Shown here: positions 62,516 to 64,000 of the stretch, one piece after another
Layout: each line of letters starts with the position of its first letter
Numbering within the stretch: position 1 is the stretch's first letter
Assembly (NCBI GenBank): GCA_965242525.1
Contig: OZ251459.1
Span: forward strand, 2,137,515 to 2,201,514
Direction: 5' to 3'
Origin: an uncultured Candidatus Binatia bacterium
GTDB lineage: Bacteria > Desulfobacterota > Binatia > UBA9968 > JAJDTQ01
Length of the DNA stretch: 64,000 bases
Notes under the pieces: generated by a model
Database searches by the model: none
Seen by the model: only the letters and a program-made list of their open reading frames with translations
What the model was told of the DNA's origin: nothing
Program-made: the position numbers and the translations under genes

Positions 62516-64000
62516 CTACTTGGTCACGTTGCGGTAATAGACCTGGTCGAAGTTCGAGCCGGCCACGAACCCCCGGACGTTGCGGCGGCGCGCGAACTGC
62601 TCGCTCTGCTGGAACATGACCACGTAGGGTCCCTCGGTCTGGAGACGCTCCTGTAGTTGCAGGTAGAGCTGCCTGCGCTTGGCCGGATCCATCTCGTCGC
62701 GGGCCTGCACCACCATGGCGTTCAGGTCGTCCTGCGCCCATGCGTTGCGCCATGCGAGCACGCCGGTGAGCCCGGCCTCGGGGCGGTTGTCCGGGTTGTG
62801 CGCGAAGGAGTCCGCGTTGGAGTGCGGGTCCACGTAGTCCGGCGACCAGTGGGCCAGGATCAACTCGTGCTTGCGCCCCCGGTACCTGGGCCACAGGACC
62901 TTGCCTTCCCGGGCCACGACCCGGGCCTTGACGCCGACCCGCGCGAGGGTCGCCTGGACCGACCGCGCGATCAGTGGGAACGGCGGCGTGGTGAGGGTAT
63001 CGATGCGCACTTCGAACCCGTCGCCGTGGCCTGCCTCGGCCAGCAGCGACTTGGCTTTCTCCACGTCGAGCCGGTACGGCGTCCCGGTATAGGCCGCCCA
63101 CAGCCCCCTGGGCCAGAACGCCTGGTGCACCATGAACTGGCCCGCCAGGAAGGACTCCGCCATGCCCCGGTAGTCCACCGCGTGCCGCAGGGCCTGCACC
63201 ACCTTGGCCTTGCCGAGGATCGGGTGCGATGCGTTGGCCGCCATATAGACCACCGTGCCGGTGGGAGAGCCGTCGATGGCCACGTCCGGGCGGCCCTCCA
63301 CGGCCTTGATCTGGTCGGAGGTGAGGTTGCGCGCCAAGTCGATGTCGCCCTGCTCCAGCATCCGCCTCTGGGCGGAGGACTCGGGCACGTGGCGCAGGAC
63401 CACGCGCCGGGTCCCCGGAGGTCCCCGGCGGTAGTCGGGGTTGGCTTCGAGCGCCACCGACTCGTTGGCGGTCCAGCTATCGAGCCGGAACGGACCGGAG
63501 CCCGCGCTGTGGGACTTCAGCCACTCGTGGCCCAGGTCCCCGTCCTTCTCGTGGGCGAGCGCGAGTCGTTTGTCCACCACCGAGCCGACGCCGGCCGAGA
63601 GCACGTTCAACACGAGACCCGGGGAGAAGTCCTCCACGATGGTGACGCGCACGCGGCGTTGGTCCACCACCTGGACCAGGTCCTCTACGTTGTCCGCGTT
63701 CCAGCCCAACTGGGTGAGGATGAAGGCCGGGGTCTTGTCGAGTTTCACCACCCGCTCCAGGGAGAACTCCACGTCCTCGGGACGCACCGGGTTGCCGGAG
63801 TGGAACCTGAGACCCTGCCGGATCCGGAAGGTGACGGTCTTGCCGTCGGCGCTCACCGTGTGGCTCTCGGCGACGCCGCCCACGAGCCTGTCCGGGGCCT
63901 CGGGCTCGAACGTCATGATGCGGTCGTAGATGTTGGCCAGGAGCTCGCCGGCGGTGAACTCGAAGGCTTCGGCCGGGTCCAGGGTAACCATGTCGGCCAT
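62516..64000 (-). CDS. ABC transporter substrate-binding protein, family 5 (N-terminus beyond window end)
   Basis: 494-aa partial SBP_bac_5-like sequence. The frame is open to nt 64000. Confidence 0.8.
   Translation of the reverse strand: MADMVTLDPAEAFEFTAGELLANIYDRIMTFEPEAPDRLVGGVAESHTVSADGKTVTFRIRQGLRFHSGNPVRPEDVEFSLERVVKLDKTPAFILTQLGWNADNVEDLVQVVDQRRVRVTIVEDFSPGLVLNVLSAGVGSVVDKRLALAHEKDGDLGHEWLKSHSAGSGPFRLDSWTANESVALEANPDYRRGPPGTRRVVLRHVPESSAQRRMLEQGDIDLARNLTSDQIKAVEGRPDVAIDGSPTGTVVYMAANASHPILGKAKVVQALRHAVDYRGMAESFLAGQFMVHQAFWPRGLWAAYTGTPYRLDVEKAKSLLAEAGHGDGFEVRIDTLTTPPFPLIARSVQATLARVGVKARVVAREGKVLWPRYRGRKHELILAHWSPDYVDPHSNADSFAHNPDNRPEAGLTGVLAWRNAWAQDDLNAMVVQARDEMDPAKRRQLYLQLQERLQTEGPYVVMFQQSEQFARRRNVRGFVAGSNFDQVYYRNVTK

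Overview
This is a high-GC (about 65–70% by eye) diderm bacterial chromosome segment. The housekeeping genes are: gatB (3' end), argJ, secA, moaA, an ornithine cyclodeaminase-family gene, korAB-type 2-oxoacid:ferredoxin oxidoreductase, hemW, ahcY, metK, a ptsH–ptsN–rpoN–lptBAC–kdsD–kdsA–pyrG–kdsB cluster, a xanthine-dehydrogenase-family coxMSL-like operon with an enoyl-CoA hydratase gene, two oligopeptide-type ABC transporter gene sets, a thioredoxin/TPR gene and a hemerythrin-like gene.

Two regions are visibly AT-richer than the flanks and look horizontally acquired.

(1) Positions ~11.96–19.19 kb hold a tightly translationally coupled six-gene operon. It encodes two paralogous ParB/Srx (DGQHR-like) proteins, a small PD-(D/E)XK-like protein, a compact SNF2 ATPase, a cobalamin-binding-domain radical SAM enzyme and a MORC-like GHKL ATPase. 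A near-consensus sigma70 promoter sits at its 5' edge. It is flanked by an RHH/nucleotidyltransferase pair, an AAA-ATPase+PD-(D/E)XK gene, and a convergent amino-methyltransferase plus metallophosphoesterase pair. I do not recognise this architecture as any named defence or DNA-modification system, and it is my main candidate for a novel DNA modification/restriction-type system.

(2) Positions ~43.7–55.4 kb are a second defence-like island. It carries a DUF433/DUF5615 toxin–antitoxin pair, an ABC-type ATPase + PIN-like pair, an AlbA_2/HATPase_c_4 protein, an AbrB antitoxin coupled to an orphan hsdS, an apparently frameshifted S49/SDH peptidase, an ABC-ATPase + DUF4276 pair, and a second AAA-ATPase+PD-(D/E)XK paralogue.

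Other notable signals:
- An OsmC/Ohr-like gene has an in-frame TGA at the position where the peroxidatic Cys would be expected, with a GUA-loop hairpin just downstream. This makes it a candidate selenoprotein.
- A dispersed MITE-like repeat family containing internal ~30-bp tandem units occupies at least seven intergenic sites.
- A second ~107-bp element with TIRs occurs twice in a nested-repeat locus.

Many long ORFs in the supplied track are GC-driven antisense or read-through artefacts and were not called.
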